A stretch of DNA of 64,000 nt from positions 64,881 to 128,880 of the IMG/VR virus record IMGVR_UViG_3300021379_000005. One strand, given 5' to 3'. The translations under genes and the position numbers were made by a program. The first letter of the stretch is position 1; the number at the start of each line of letters is the position of its first letter. Below, piece after piece: positions 20,712 through 29,064 of this stretch. The DNA is from a virus. Taxonomy: Duplodnaviria; Caudoviricetes. The notes beneath the pieces are model-generated. The model worked only from the letters and a program-made list of their open reading frames with translations. It was not told where the DNA came from and ran no database searches.

Positions 20712-20825
20712 TCAGTTCCCACACATAACTCTTTTTGCTTCTTCGTATAAACCCTGTTGTGCAAGAACATGTGCGGCTCTTGCTCTTCCAATACGTTCAA
20801 AAGTTTCTAAAATTCTTTTAAACAT
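20712..20825 (-). CDS. Small protein, 37 aa (MFKRILETFERIGRARAAHVLAQQGLYEEAKRVMCGN)
   Basis: Manual translation; start overlaps end of DUF1127 gene. Confidence 0.6.
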   Translation of the reverse strand: MFKRILETFERIGRARAAHVLAQQGLYEEAKRVMCGN

Positions 20826-21033
20826 CTTTTAAATCCAATTCCATTGCAATAGATTTTATCTGTGATCTAGCAATACCAATATCATGTAAATCTCTATCGG
20901 ATAGTGAATTTAATTCTTTTATAGTTTCTTTTTGAAGTTTTCTCAATTTCATTCTTCTTTTTAAATCATCAATTAGATCTAAAAATGAAGAAATGTTTAA
21001 CCATTCTGATGCTGTTAATACTAATTGTGTCAT
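20818..21033 (-). CDS. DUF1127 (YjiS-like) small protein
   Basis: TIKELNSLSDRDLHDIGIARSQI is the DUF1127 signature. Confidence 0.88.
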   Translation of the reverse strand: MTQLVLTASEWLNISSFLDLIDDLKRRMKLRKLQKETIKELNSLSDRDLHDIGIARSQIKSIAMELDLKDV

Positions 21034-21044
21034 CTAATTCTCCG

Positions 21045-21146
21045 TTAATTAACATACGGTAAAATAGACATAAACATAACTGCAGCCACAATAGTAAGTG
21101 ATACAGTAAGAACACTCAAACTTTTAATAATTTCTTCGACACTCAT
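21045..21146 (-). CDS. Small membrane peptide, 33 aa
   Basis: MSVEEIIKSLSVLTVSLTIVAAVMFMSILPYVN with AGGAG RBS. Confidence 0.55.
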   Translation of the reverse strand: MSVEEIIKSLSVLTVSLTIVAAVMFMSILPYVN

Positions 21147-21272
21147 TCTATTCTCCTGTGTATGATATGTGTGAAATGTCAGCGATTCTGACAAAAATAT
21201 TTATTTCGCAAGTGCAGAAAATTGTCATGTAATTATTGCAAGTTCGTTATGCAATCTAAACATATCTAAGAC

Positions 21273-21304
21273 AAAAAAAGGGCAAGGATTTCTCCCTGCC
21301 CTTT
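21273..21304 (-). terminator. Rho-independent terminator downstream of gp32
   Basis: AAAGGGCAGGG-AGAAAT-CCTTGCCCTTTTTTT. Confidence 0.8.
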
Positions 21305-21422
21305 CCCACACTCAGTTCTTTGTATGCGATAATAGATGGCGGTCGAGTGTGTTGTATACCCTCTATTACCTGTATGGACTCTGTGTCGTGTCTTACACTA
21401 ACACTTCAGTGCCACCAACTGT

Positions 21423-22331
21423 CTAACTTTCATCTGCAAGACGTTCAAAGTATGAGATTGAATCGTCTTCTTCATCTTCATCATAAGATACAGACTTTGG
21501 TTCTGGCGCAGGCGCAGATTTAGTCTGAGTAGGTTCAGTATAGTATGAAGAATCATCAGAAACAAAATCTGTTTCTACTGAAACTGCAGACTGTTGAAGT
21601 CCAAGAACACGGTCAAGGCGTTCCTTGAGTTGTTCATAAGACTTGAACTTCTCTTCACTTACAAACTCTTGCAATGAATATAGTTGGTTATAGATTGTTT
21701 CCAATTCTGAATCATCATCTGCAAGTGGTGCTTGAGAGTCGAATTCAGACTTATCATAGTTACCATAACCATCAACAGTACGATACTTCAGTTTAAAGTT
21801 TGCACCGTCCCAAAAATCAAATGGGTTGTAACGAGCTTCATCTTCAAAATGAGGATTCATTGCCTCGTTCAACTTGTCAAAGATTTTCTTACCGTATGAG
21901 TAAAGAAAAACTTTTCCTTCATTATCTGGGTTTGCAGGATCTTTTACAACATAAATGTTCGAAAGAAACTTGAGTTTACGTTTACGATCACGAGCAAGGT
22001 TTTGATTGTCTTGTGAACCAGTATTCCATAGTTCAGTGTTAGACTCACAAACAGGACACTGTTTGTTGATTGTAGTAAGGCAGTTATCAATCAACCAACC
22101 GCCTGGGCCTTTAAATCCATGATTAAACACACGAACCCAAGGAATATCTTCACCATCTGCAGGGGGAAGGAAACGAATTACAGCATAACTGTTACCATCC
22201 TTACCAATAGTTGGTTTCCAAAATCGATCATCGATATTTGATGTGGTTTGTTGTGGGGATTGGGTTTTTTCCAACTCTTCCGCAAGACGGGCAAAGTTAG
22301 AGCGACCTTTTTTAAGGTTTGCAAAAGACAT
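21423..22331 (-). CDS. gp32: Single-stranded DNA-binding protein gp32
   Basis: DDRFWKP, AVIRFLP, CLTTINKQCPVCE, YGKKIFDK, acidic tail. Confidence 0.97.
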   Translation of the reverse strand: MSFANLKKGRSNFARLAEELEKTQSPQQTTSNIDDRFWKPTIGKDGNSYAVIRFLPPADGEDIPWVRVFNHGFKGPGGWLIDNCLTTINKQCPVCESNTELWNTGSQDNQNLARDRKRKLKFLSNIYVVKDPANPDNEGKVFLYSYGKKIFDKLNEAMNPHFEDEARYNPFDFWDGANFKLKYRTVDGYGNYDKSEFDSQAPLADDDSELETIYNQLYSLQEFVSEEKFKSYEQLKERLDRVLGLQQSAVSVETDFVSDDSSYYTEPTQTKSAPAPEPKSVSYDEDEEDDSISYFERLADES

Positions 22332-22399
22332 AAATTTTCTCCTTTATACGTTATATGCGTTTTGTATTTTTACTAATATACTATATTATCCAAGAGCTG

Positions 22400-23095
22400 T
22401 CAACTAGTTTTTTTAATTAATTGACCATAATCTTCATAATAATCATCAATCAATATGTCCCTAAGAACATTAACATAATAATTAACATCTATGTCCAAGA
22501 AAGACATATAGTCTTTTACTTTCTTAGTATATATAGGCCAATAAGTTGTATCATTTATTTTGACCTTATCTATGAAAGCAAAAATCTTTTCAAAGATAAT
22601 TAACGTTTCTAATGAAAGTTCTCCACGTTTTTCTAAGAATACAATAAATGGGTAGTCATTGTCAATAGATTTAAATATAGAATTGAATTCCATATTTTCT
22701 TCAGACGCCCTTGTAAACAACACATGACAATCATTAGTAAAAGTATACTTTATACTTTGAATTCTTTTCTTCCAATTTTTATATGTATCATAGGATTCTT
22801 TATCTAAAAGATTTCCTGTCCACATAAACTCATTGCGAGAAATTGCAAGATTACCATTTTCTGTTACATTCAAGAACAAGGCAAGTAAAAACTCTTCCAA
22901 ACTCTTTTTATCAAATCTTCTGGAAAGTTCTTCAAAAGTTCTTCTGTCTCTCCTGTTATAATAAGTTTCTTTCTTTGGGGAAACCTTCCCCTTATACTTT
23001 ATAAAATCATACTCACTATTAAAATGACTTTTCATTGCAAGATAAATTTTAAACGCTTCAAAGTCATCTATCTTTTTTCCAGACATGGTAATCAT
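22400..23095 (-). CDS. gp59: Helicase loader gp59
   Basis: YLAMKSHF..YDFIKYKGK; synteny gp33-gp59-gp32. Confidence 0.9.
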   Translation of the reverse strand: MITMSGKKIDDFEAFKIYLAMKSHFNSEYDFIKYKGKVSPKKETYYNRRDRRTFEELSRRFDKKSLEEFLLALFLNVTENGNLAISRNEFMWTGNLLDKESYDTYKNWKKRIQSIKYTFTNDCHVLFTRASEENMEFNSIFKSIDNDYPFIVFLEKRGELSLETLIIFEKIFAFIDKVKINDTTYWPIYTKKVKDYMSFLDIDVNYYVNVLRDILIDDYYEDYGQLIKKTS

Positions 23096-23316
23096 AGAGG
23101 CAATTTTTCTGTAGACTTCTGAACCATGTTCAGTCCTTCTGCCTCGTATTTAATTTTTTCTTTAATGAAAGGACTCAACAGAGAAACTACATTTTCTATT
23201 TCTAAATTATTCTTTTCACAGTAGTATGTGATTGTGTCGATATACGAACTGTTTAATTTAGAAACCTGTTTTTCTATCTCATCACTAAATTCTTTCGAAC
23301 TCTTAAGTTTCAACAT
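23092..23316 (-). CDS. gp33: Late transcription co-activator gp33
   Basis: FSDEIE...YIDTITYYCEKNNLEIE...KEKIKYEAEGLN..LPL. Confidence 0.9.
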   Translation of the reverse strand: MLKLKSSKEFSDEIEKQVSKLNSSYIDTITYYCEKNNLEIENVVSLLSPFIKEKIKYEAEGLNMVQKSTEKLPL

Positions 23317-23336
23317 TATAATAAATTCTCCTTAGA

Positions 23337-23380
23337 TATGTGTTACAGCGTATAATACGCTATAACACACGTTTTGTCAA
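23337..23380 (-). promoter_or_regulatory. Sigma70-type promoter (TTGACA-17-TATTAT) overlapped by an inverted repeat, upstream of gp33
   Basis: Minus strand TTGACAAAACGTGTGTTATAGCGTATTATACGCTGTAACAC. Confidence 0.7.
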
Positions 23381-23384
23381 TAGA

Positions 23385-23546
23385 TTATTCTGATTTCCAG
23401 ATAGTCCAAAGACCATAAACAATCGCTGCATATGCAGCCCATGTAATTAAACCATCAAAGAGAAGTGCAACAACACCCATCGCAATAAGTGCGCCGCCAT
23501 CCCATGATGTTCTTTCTGCCAATCTGGCTTTGATCCAATTTACCAT
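23385..23546 (-). CDS. Small 2-TM membrane protein, 53 aa
   Basis: Manual translation MVNWIKARLAERTSWDGGALIAMGVVALLFDG...GLWTIWKSE. Confidence 0.65.
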   Translation of the reverse strand: MVNWIKARLAERTSWDGGALIAMGVVALLFDGLITWAAYAAIVYGLWTIWKSE

Positions 23547-23547
23547 A

Positions 23548-24339
23548 TTACATTCTCCCTATAATGCTTGTGATTTCAACTTGTGCCACTGGGTCTAAAT
23601 TCATAGCACTTACATCTTCTGTTTCGAAGGTGATATCTGCCCTGCAGTCTACCTTAGACCCCTGCTTTGAAAAATAATTGGGCAGAACTTTAAAATAACT
23701 ATTCTGCGAATTTATAAAATCTCTAAAAATAAACTCATTCTCGCCAAGTTCCTTGCCCACAGACAAAGAAAATCCTACGGTTGGAATCTTATCTATATCC
23801 CATCTTAAAATTCTTTGCCATCCAAGTGGAGCGCCTGGACATAAATCTCCTTTAGTATAAAGTTCCGTACTACGAACAGGAGTATTATCAGAGATTACTT
23901 CTGTAATTCTGAATCTCAACTTAGAATCTACTGATGCTTTATAATTACAATATATTTTTATAGATTGTTCTTGTGCTGTATTGTTTTGATAAATGTGGGT
24001 AGAATTGTTTGCGGTGCTAATACTTTCACCAATCTCTGGTTCATCAAGTGGAATGATACCACATTGAACTCGATCTAAAGTATTTGTTTTTTCATATTCA
24101 AATTTAATAGTAGTAGCGGGGTTTACTCGAAAGATTTTTTCTCTGTAATTGTTAGTAGCAGGCAAAAGAATGTTTCCATCAAATAGTACAATATCACTAG
24201 ATCGAATGCCAGGCTTTCTTTTAAAACCACCGACAAACAAATGTCCCGCTCTTGTTCTTGTGTTGTAATCATACATCACTCCCAAATAGTCTGGGACTCC
24301 TACATATCTTCTTGCACTACTTTTTAGATATTGAACCAT
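23548..24339 (-). CDS. Hypothetical protein
   Basis: 263-aa ORF in operon orientation; no recognised motif. Confidence 0.7.
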   Translation of the reverse strand: MVQYLKSSARRYVGVPDYLGVMYDYNTRTRAGHLFVGGFKRKPGIRSSDIVLFDGNILLPATNNYREKIFRVNPATTIKFEYEKTNTLDRVQCGIIPLDEPEIGESISTANNSTHIYQNNTAQEQSIKIYCNYKASVDSKLRFRITEVISDNTPVRSTELYTKGDLCPGAPLGWQRILRWDIDKIPTVGFSLSVGKELGENEFIFRDFINSQNSYFKVLPNYFSKQGSKVDCRADITFETEDVSAMNLDPVAQVEITSIIGRM

Positions 24340-24351
24340 GTTTTTTATTTC

Positions 24352-25020
24352 CTACAATTGTGCTTTATATTCTGTTATCATTTCTATCAATCCATTGATA
24401 TGACTATCACGTTTAGAAGTATAAACTTCCGCATCTTTTTGGTCATCAATGGCCGCAATGATTACTAGATTATTTATAGGAATTTTTGTCCTCTCTTCAA
24501 ACATAACAGCATAACCAGATGCTTGTCTGAAGTAGTTTTCCAGTTTATTTGGATGCATTGACTTTCTTGATGTTTTAAAATCAATAATAGAAAGTTTACC
24601 ATCAAAATATGCAATACAATCACATTTTCCTGCAATTCCTAGATGTTCAGAATACATTGGCCACTCTTGAACATACACATCATCTAATCTAGTATCAAGA
24701 GTTTCTTTCAATGTAAGAAACATCTCTGTATCATTCGGCATGAGTTTACTATAATCTATTTCTATGTTATTTATATAATCTTCGCACAACTGATGAACAG
24801 AAGTTCCTCTTCTCGCAGCTTGGGTGGTAATTCTATTAGCTTCCTTTTCGCCTACACGCTTTCTCCATTCCATAATGGACTTCTTAGAAAAATGTGATAT
24901 GACAGTTGTTATCGAAGGATATTTGTTGCCATTTTCATCATAGTAATATCTAGTACCAGACTTAAGGGTTTCACTTCTAAGTGAAATTTCAGGCAGATCC
25001 AATTCAACATGATTAAACAT
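24352..25020 (-). CDS. PD-(D/E)XK exonuclease (Cas4/RecB-like)
   Basis: YPSITTV, RGTSVHQLCEDY, AGKCDCIA, IIDFKTS, QASGYAVMFEE. Confidence 0.88.
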   Translation of the reverse strand: MFNHVELDLPEISLRSETLKSGTRYYYDENGNKYPSITTVISHFSKKSIMEWRKRVGEKEANRITTQAARRGTSVHQLCEDYINNIEIDYSKLMPNDTEMFLTLKETLDTRLDDVYVQEWPMYSEHLGIAGKCDCIAYFDGKLSIIDFKTSRKSMHPNKLENYFRQASGYAVMFEERTKIPINNLVIIAAIDDQKDAEVYTSKRDSHINGLIEMITEYKAQL

Positions 25021-25076
25021 AAATTACTCCAAATTTATTAAAGTATATCAAATATCCTTCGATATGTCAAGCAGTT

Positions 25077-25424
25077 TTATGAAATTTCTTCCTTTTCGTG
25101 TCTCGACTTAAGTTCTTCTATCGCCTCATCAATATTCTGTATCATTGCATTTTCAATACCATAATGTCTATCCATTATGGCCTGCAGTATAATCCCAAGG
25201 AAACTTAAATCATCGACAAGAACTTTATTACTTAAATCAAATCCATACTCGTCTGACATAATATAAACAAATTCATCAAGGAGTTCATTTGTCATTCCAA
25301 TAGACACATCATAATCTTCATCCATACCACCTAAGTTAATAAACGACTTTATATCTTCCAAGTTATTACTTTTAGATTTTGTTTTAGCAGAAAAAATATC
25401 TTTTGCTTCGATTATGTTTTTCAT
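25077..25424 (-). CDS. Hypothetical protein
   Basis: ORF with AGGAGG RBS. Confidence 0.7.
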   Translation of the reverse strand: MKNIIEAKDIFSAKTKSKSNNLEDIKSFINLGGMDEDYDVSIGMTNELLDEFVYIMSDEYGFDLSNKVLVDDLSFLGIILQAIMDRHYGIENAMIQNIDEAIEELKSRHEKEEIS

Positions 25425-25436
25425 TTTGAGCCTCCT

Positions 25437-26153
25437 TTAGGCAAAACCCAATTCTAATTTATTAATTATGTAGGATTTTACCAAAGGACTTCTGACAATA
25501 TCTTGTTGCATAAACTCAATGAAAGAAAAACGATCCATACTTTTTATGATTTTCATAAAGTCAAGTATTCCATCTTTTTCATCTTTCCATTTAAAGTCTG
25601 ACTGTCTAAAGTCTCCACAGAAAATTATTTTACAGTTGTCTCCTATTCTAGTTATGACAGAATCCAGTTCATGAAAATTCATGTTCTGGCATTCATCCAC
25701 AATAATAATACTATCATAAAAGGTCATACCTCTTATGTAAGATGTTGAATTAAAATTTATGAGGGAAGTTTTTCGTAAACTTTCGTATGCACTACCGCAT
25801 TCGAATAATTCGTTTATTATGGTTCTATATGGGGTTTCGTATGATTGAAGTTTTTGTTTTTCCGAGCCGGGCAGAAAACCCATATCCCTTGTCGGAACAA
25901 CACTTCTGATAATTTGTATATCTCTATAACTAGAAGATTTGTTCATTAATTCATCTAGTGCAAGGTATAGAGAAATATATGTTTTTCCTGTCCCTGCAAC
26001 TCCATGAAGAAACAAATGATCTTCATAAAAGGCATCGAATACTTCTTCTTGTGCCGGTGTTATTGGTGTAATTTTTTTTAGTTGTGTTCGTGCGTCAATC
26101 CCTATTAATCTACTATTATTGTTTGATTTTGTCTTTCTAGCTTTTCTACTCAC
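25437..26153 (-). CDS. phoH: PhoH-family ATPase
   Basis: GVAGTGKT, RDMGFLPG, RGMTF, VDECQN, GDFRQSD, DIVRSPLV. Confidence 0.95.
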   Translation of the reverse strand: MSRKARKTKSNNNSRLIGIDARTQLKKITPITPAQEEVFDAFYEDHLFLHGVAGTGKTYISLYLALDELMNKSSSYRDIQIIRSVVPTRDMGFLPGSEKQKLQSYETPYRTIINELFECGSAYESLRKTSLINFNSTSYIRGMTFYDSIIIVDECQNMNFHELDSVITRIGDNCKIIFCGDFRQSDFKWKDEKDGILDFMKIIKSMDRFSFIEFMQQDIVRSPLVKSYIINKLELGFA

Positions 26154-26193
26154 TAATGAGACTCCTCTGAAAGCTGGAATCTACGGCGAAAAA

Positions 26194-26463
26194 TTACATA
26201 TTAAATTTAGACTCTGTTTTAGCTGCTCCAGGCACCTTTGCCACTTTATCTAATACATTCTCCTTAAATGATTGTGGAACCTTTTGTCTGCCCATACGAA
26301 TAGGATCTCCAATAGAAGGAGCACCAGTAAGAAATTGTTGGATTTTTCCTGTAACGTTACAGTTGGGACAAGAGCCATTTAAATGTTCTTCTCTTTCAGC
26401 AATACGACACCAAATTTCATATTCATGTTCACAATCAGTACATTTAAAATCATATCTTGGCAT
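26194..26463 (-). CDS. FmdB-family zinc-ribbon protein
   Basis: MPRYDFKCTDCEHEYE...CPNC. Confidence 0.85.
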   Translation of the reverse strand: MPRYDFKCTDCEHEYEIWCRIAEREEHLNGSCPNCNVTGKIQQFLTGAPSIGDPIRMGRQKVPQSFKENVLDKVAKVPGAAKTESKFNM

Positions 26464-26606
26464 AATTTATTGTTTCTCCATAATAAGTTCTTGCGTGAAT
26501 TTATTTTTCACAATAGTATTCCATTGGTTAAGGTTTTAGAGGTTTAATTACCTCTATCATTATATATCACTAACAATGTCTACAACCTTGCGTTTCACGC
26601 ATTTTT

Positions 26607-26633
26607 AAAAATGGGGGGCATTGCACCCCCCAT
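26607..26633 (-). terminator. Terminator hairpin (core identical to 45887-45906)
   Basis: ATGGGGGGTGCAATGCCCCCCATTTTT. Confidence 0.8.
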
Positions 26634-26638
26634 CAAAT

Positions 26639-26926
26639 TTACTCTTTAGTTGAAATAAAAGTATACAACTCTTGAGCCTTTTTCATAATGTCTTGAGGGG
26701 CGGGCATTTCTGGTTTCAAGTGTTGTGTATGTTGAACCAATTCCTCAACACTTTTATTCCATGTCTCTGCAGTCGCATTCAAAGTTTGCCAATATGTATC
26801 CATTGCCATATGGTAACTTTGTTCAGACATATCTTTTGCCATTTTTAAAACTTCTAATCTAATTTCAAATGGATTTTTATTACTCATCATATTTCTCCTT
26901 TTCTGTGTGATGTGTGTAATTAGCAA
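26639..26926 (-). CDS. Hypothetical protein (start probably about 26890)
   Basis: NKNPFEIRLEVLKMAKD...KAQELYTFI; AGGAG RBS before MMSNK. Confidence 0.7.
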   Translation of the reverse strand: MLITHITQKRRNMMSNKNPFEIRLEVLKMAKDMSEQSYHMAMDTYWQTLNATAETWNKSVEELVQHTQHLKPEMPAPQDIMKKAQELYTFISTKE

Positions 26927-26966
26927 CTTTATAGGAAGTTGCCACCTTTATTATATAGTATGAAAC

Positions 26967-27314
26967 TCAGAATGTAAAGCGAACACCAACTGATGTATCT
27001 TCATATTCAAAGTCATGATCTGCACTAATATCACTGTAAAGAGAAAGTGCAGGAGATACTGCATATGAAACTCCCAAATTAACACCGTCAAAATTAATTG
27101 TATCAGATGCTAAGTTACGGTCATATGAAAAATCTGCCCATGGGCGCAGCACCAATCCTTGTGGAAGTGCCATTGTGTATCCTAATTCAGATGTAAATTT
27201 TTCATTTTCCAAACTATATTCAACTTCACCATCTACATGGCCTCTAATGCCTTCTGCCATTGCAGATGTGCATAAAAAAACCGCCGAAGCGGCTCCAACT
27301 AAAAACTTTGTCAT
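26967..27314 (-). CDS. Small outer-membrane beta-strand protein with signal peptide
   Basis: Signal peptide ending SAMA; alternating beta pattern; C-terminal VGVRFTF (BAM-type terminal Phe). Confidence 0.65.
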   Translation of the reverse strand: MTKFLVGAASAVFLCTSAMAEGIRGHVDGEVEYSLENEKFTSELGYTMALPQGLVLRPWADFSYDRNLASDTINFDGVNLGVSYAVSPALSLYSDISADHDFEYEDTSVGVRFTF

Positions 27315-27339
27315 TTATTAAATCCTTTTACTATGACTG

Positions 27340-27719
27340 CGGGCCCGTTTGGTAACAAGGTGGAGCCCATACCCCGCTGATTATGCTGCTAGAGCAAATT
27401 CAGGTGCAAAGTTATCGTTTGCGTTTAGTTTTGTTCGACCGAATATCGTAGGTCAACACGGTAATCTACTCTCATCTCTACACACCTGTCGATCCTAGTT
27501 CGCCCCCATCATAAACACACGAATAAGTAATGGCCCAAATCTATAACTTTTATAAGGATTCCCACTGTTAAATCTAAATTCGCCCCATTGAAAAGGTGTT
27601 CCTTTAAACCAACTAATCCAGTGCCAATCCCAATTCATTATATCCTCATGTGTTTATGGTGGAGGCGTTGGGTACTGCCCCCAAGTCCAGTATGCATGTT
27701 GAATCGTATCAACAATTAC
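27340..27719 (-). ncRNA. ssrA: Circularly permuted two-piece tmRNA; tag ANDNFAPEFALAA (27381-27422); outer ends approximate
   Basis: Acceptor piece ends GGACTTGGGGGCAGTACCCAACGCCTCCACCA (CCA at 27657); coding piece starts GGGGGCGAACTAGGATCGAC (27507); G3:U70 acceptor stem; tag ORF ends ALAA-stop. Confidence 0.93.
27495..27638 (-). CDS. Putative 47-aa aromatic-rich peptide inside the tmRNA intervening segment
   Basis: GAGGA RBS then MNWDWHWISWFKGTPFQWGEFRFNSGNPYKSYRFGPLLIRVFMMGAN. Confidence 0.5.
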   Translation of the reverse strand: MNWDWHWISWFKGTPFQWGEFRFNSGNPYKSYRFGPLLIRVFMMGAN

Positions 27720-27724
27720 AAGTT

Positions 27725-27755
27725 TATTTATACACTATTCTTTTATTTTTGTCAA
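27725..27755 (-). promoter_or_regulatory. Composite promoter for tmRNA: TTGACA-17-TATAAA, whose -10 is also the late motif TATAAATA
   Basis: TTGACAAAAATAAAAGAATAGTGTATAAATA. Confidence 0.75.
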
Positions 27756-27932
27756 GCAAAAAATAATATAAAAAATATAGTGTAATAATACAACACCAAG
27801 AAATTCATACAATACGATATTTTCTTCTGGTGTAAATACCATTAAACTTTTTCCAAATAAACCTAAAAGGAATAAAAGGATAAAGTAAGAAACTATGGGG
27901 ATACACACAAAGTACCCCCAACTTATTTTCAT
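27735..27932 (-). CDS. Hypothetical membrane protein
   Basis: Hydrophobic 65-aa ORF coupled to endolysin stop. Confidence 0.45.
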   Translation of the reverse strand: MKISWGYFVCIPIVSYFILLFLLGLFGKSLMVFTPEENIVLYEFLGVVLLHYIFYIIFCLTKIKE

Positions 27933-28384
27933 ACCATCAGCTCAAAGTGTGGAGCGTCAATAAATGGGCGTCTTCCTTGAGAGCGCCTCAAATCAACATA
28001 GGCGTTCATGGCGTCTTCCATGGAACCATCCCACTCTCTAATGTCATCAATGTGCCAGGCTGCGCCCCAGCGGACTGCTACACCTTCTTCTATTGCAGCG
28101 GCCTTCATTGCGTCTGCAACTTCATCATACACATTGAGTTCCCAGACTCCACGGCCTCCAACATAAGCCATTAAGTCTACTGCAAGTCCGTCAAGATGCT
28201 TACTCTTCATTGTTTGACTTGCACCCTTAGCAACTAAAGCCTCTTGTTCTTCAAGAGTTCTTAAACCTTGGATCACTCCAAAGTCGACCTCAGTCAATTC
28301 GATAGCACGGCTGACAACTCTAACCATGTCATCATGAACACCTTCCAGTTTAGAAAGTGATCTGTTTGATAATTTAAAAGTCAT
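27929..28384 (-). CDS. Endolysin, peptidase M15 (L-Ala-D-Glu peptidase type)
   Basis: LSNRSLSKLEGVH, GLRTLEEQ, SKHLDGLAVDL, RWGAAW, DAPHFEL. Confidence 0.9.
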   Translation of the reverse strand: MTFKLSNRSLSKLEGVHDDMVRVVSRAIELTEVDFGVIQGLRTLEEQEALVAKGASQTMKSKHLDGLAVDLMAYVGGRGVWELNVYDEVADAMKAAAIEEGVAVRWGAAWHIDDIREWDGSMEDAMNAYVDLRRSQGRRPFIDAPHFELMV

Positions 28385-28386
28385 TT

Positions 28387-28914
28387 TTAATCCTTTTCTT
28401 TGTCTTTGTCAAAATTAATTGTAATATCACTTGGAGTAAGTGACACATTATATGAGTCTGTAAAAGTGATATCAGAAGTATCTAGTGTGACATCCATATT
28501 ATCGAAGGTGACAGAACCGATGTCATAATCTCCAGTAAAAAGCAAATCATCCAACCCATTACCAGTTAATGTTATGGTATCTTCTGAATCTTCTTTTTTA
28601 GGAAATTCAACAATTTTGGCAGTGGTATCTAAACCATTAAGTCTATTATACATTTCTTCTGCACTTACAGAATATTCATCAAATAATTCTTTTCCTGCAG
28701 CAAGGTCATAGTCTTCATCGGAAACACTTTCGATATGTTGAATTTCACCTTTCTTAATCCAATCAAAACCTGCAGCGATCAAAAAGATTTCGATTTTCTC
28801 CAACACTTCACCAAGTGTTGCATCTGTCCCATCAAATGAATAAGTAACAACATCTTCTTTGCCCCCGTCATCGTGTACACTACTAAAAGTGTATTTTGTA
28901 CTATAGTCTTCCAT
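28387..28914 (-). CDS. Acidic hypothetical protein
   Basis: 175-aa ORF with RBS. Confidence 0.65.
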   Translation of the reverse strand: MEDYSTKYTFSSVHDDGGKEDVVTYSFDGTDATLGEVLEKIEIFLIAAGFDWIKKGEIQHIESVSDEDYDLAAGKELFDEYSVSAEEMYNRLNGLDTTAKIVEFPKKEDSEDTITLTGNGLDDLLFTGDYDIGSVTFDNMDVTLDTSDITFTDSYNVSLTPSDITINFDKDKEKD

Positions 28915-29064
28915 TATTAATCTCCTGAGATATTTTCATCTGTCTGTTTATATACGCCTGTCGTTGTAAATATTGCCTCATCCTTGACCTTGCGTCTCGC
29001 AATCTAATCCTTAATTGATTTATATTTGATCTTTTCATTATATACTCCACAATTATATAGGTTA

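Noticed and set aside
18409-20724. Minus-strand ORFs (105, 183, 93, 141 aa) inside the tape measure gene
   Set aside because: Antisense shadows of a low-complexity coding region
24352-25020. Cas4-like nuclease as a sign of CRISPR
   Set aside because: No repeat-spacer array or other cas genes seen; standalone exonucleases are usual in T4-like phages
27588-27785. Plus-strand 65-aa ORF
   Set aside because: Antisense to the tmRNA acceptor piece and its promoter
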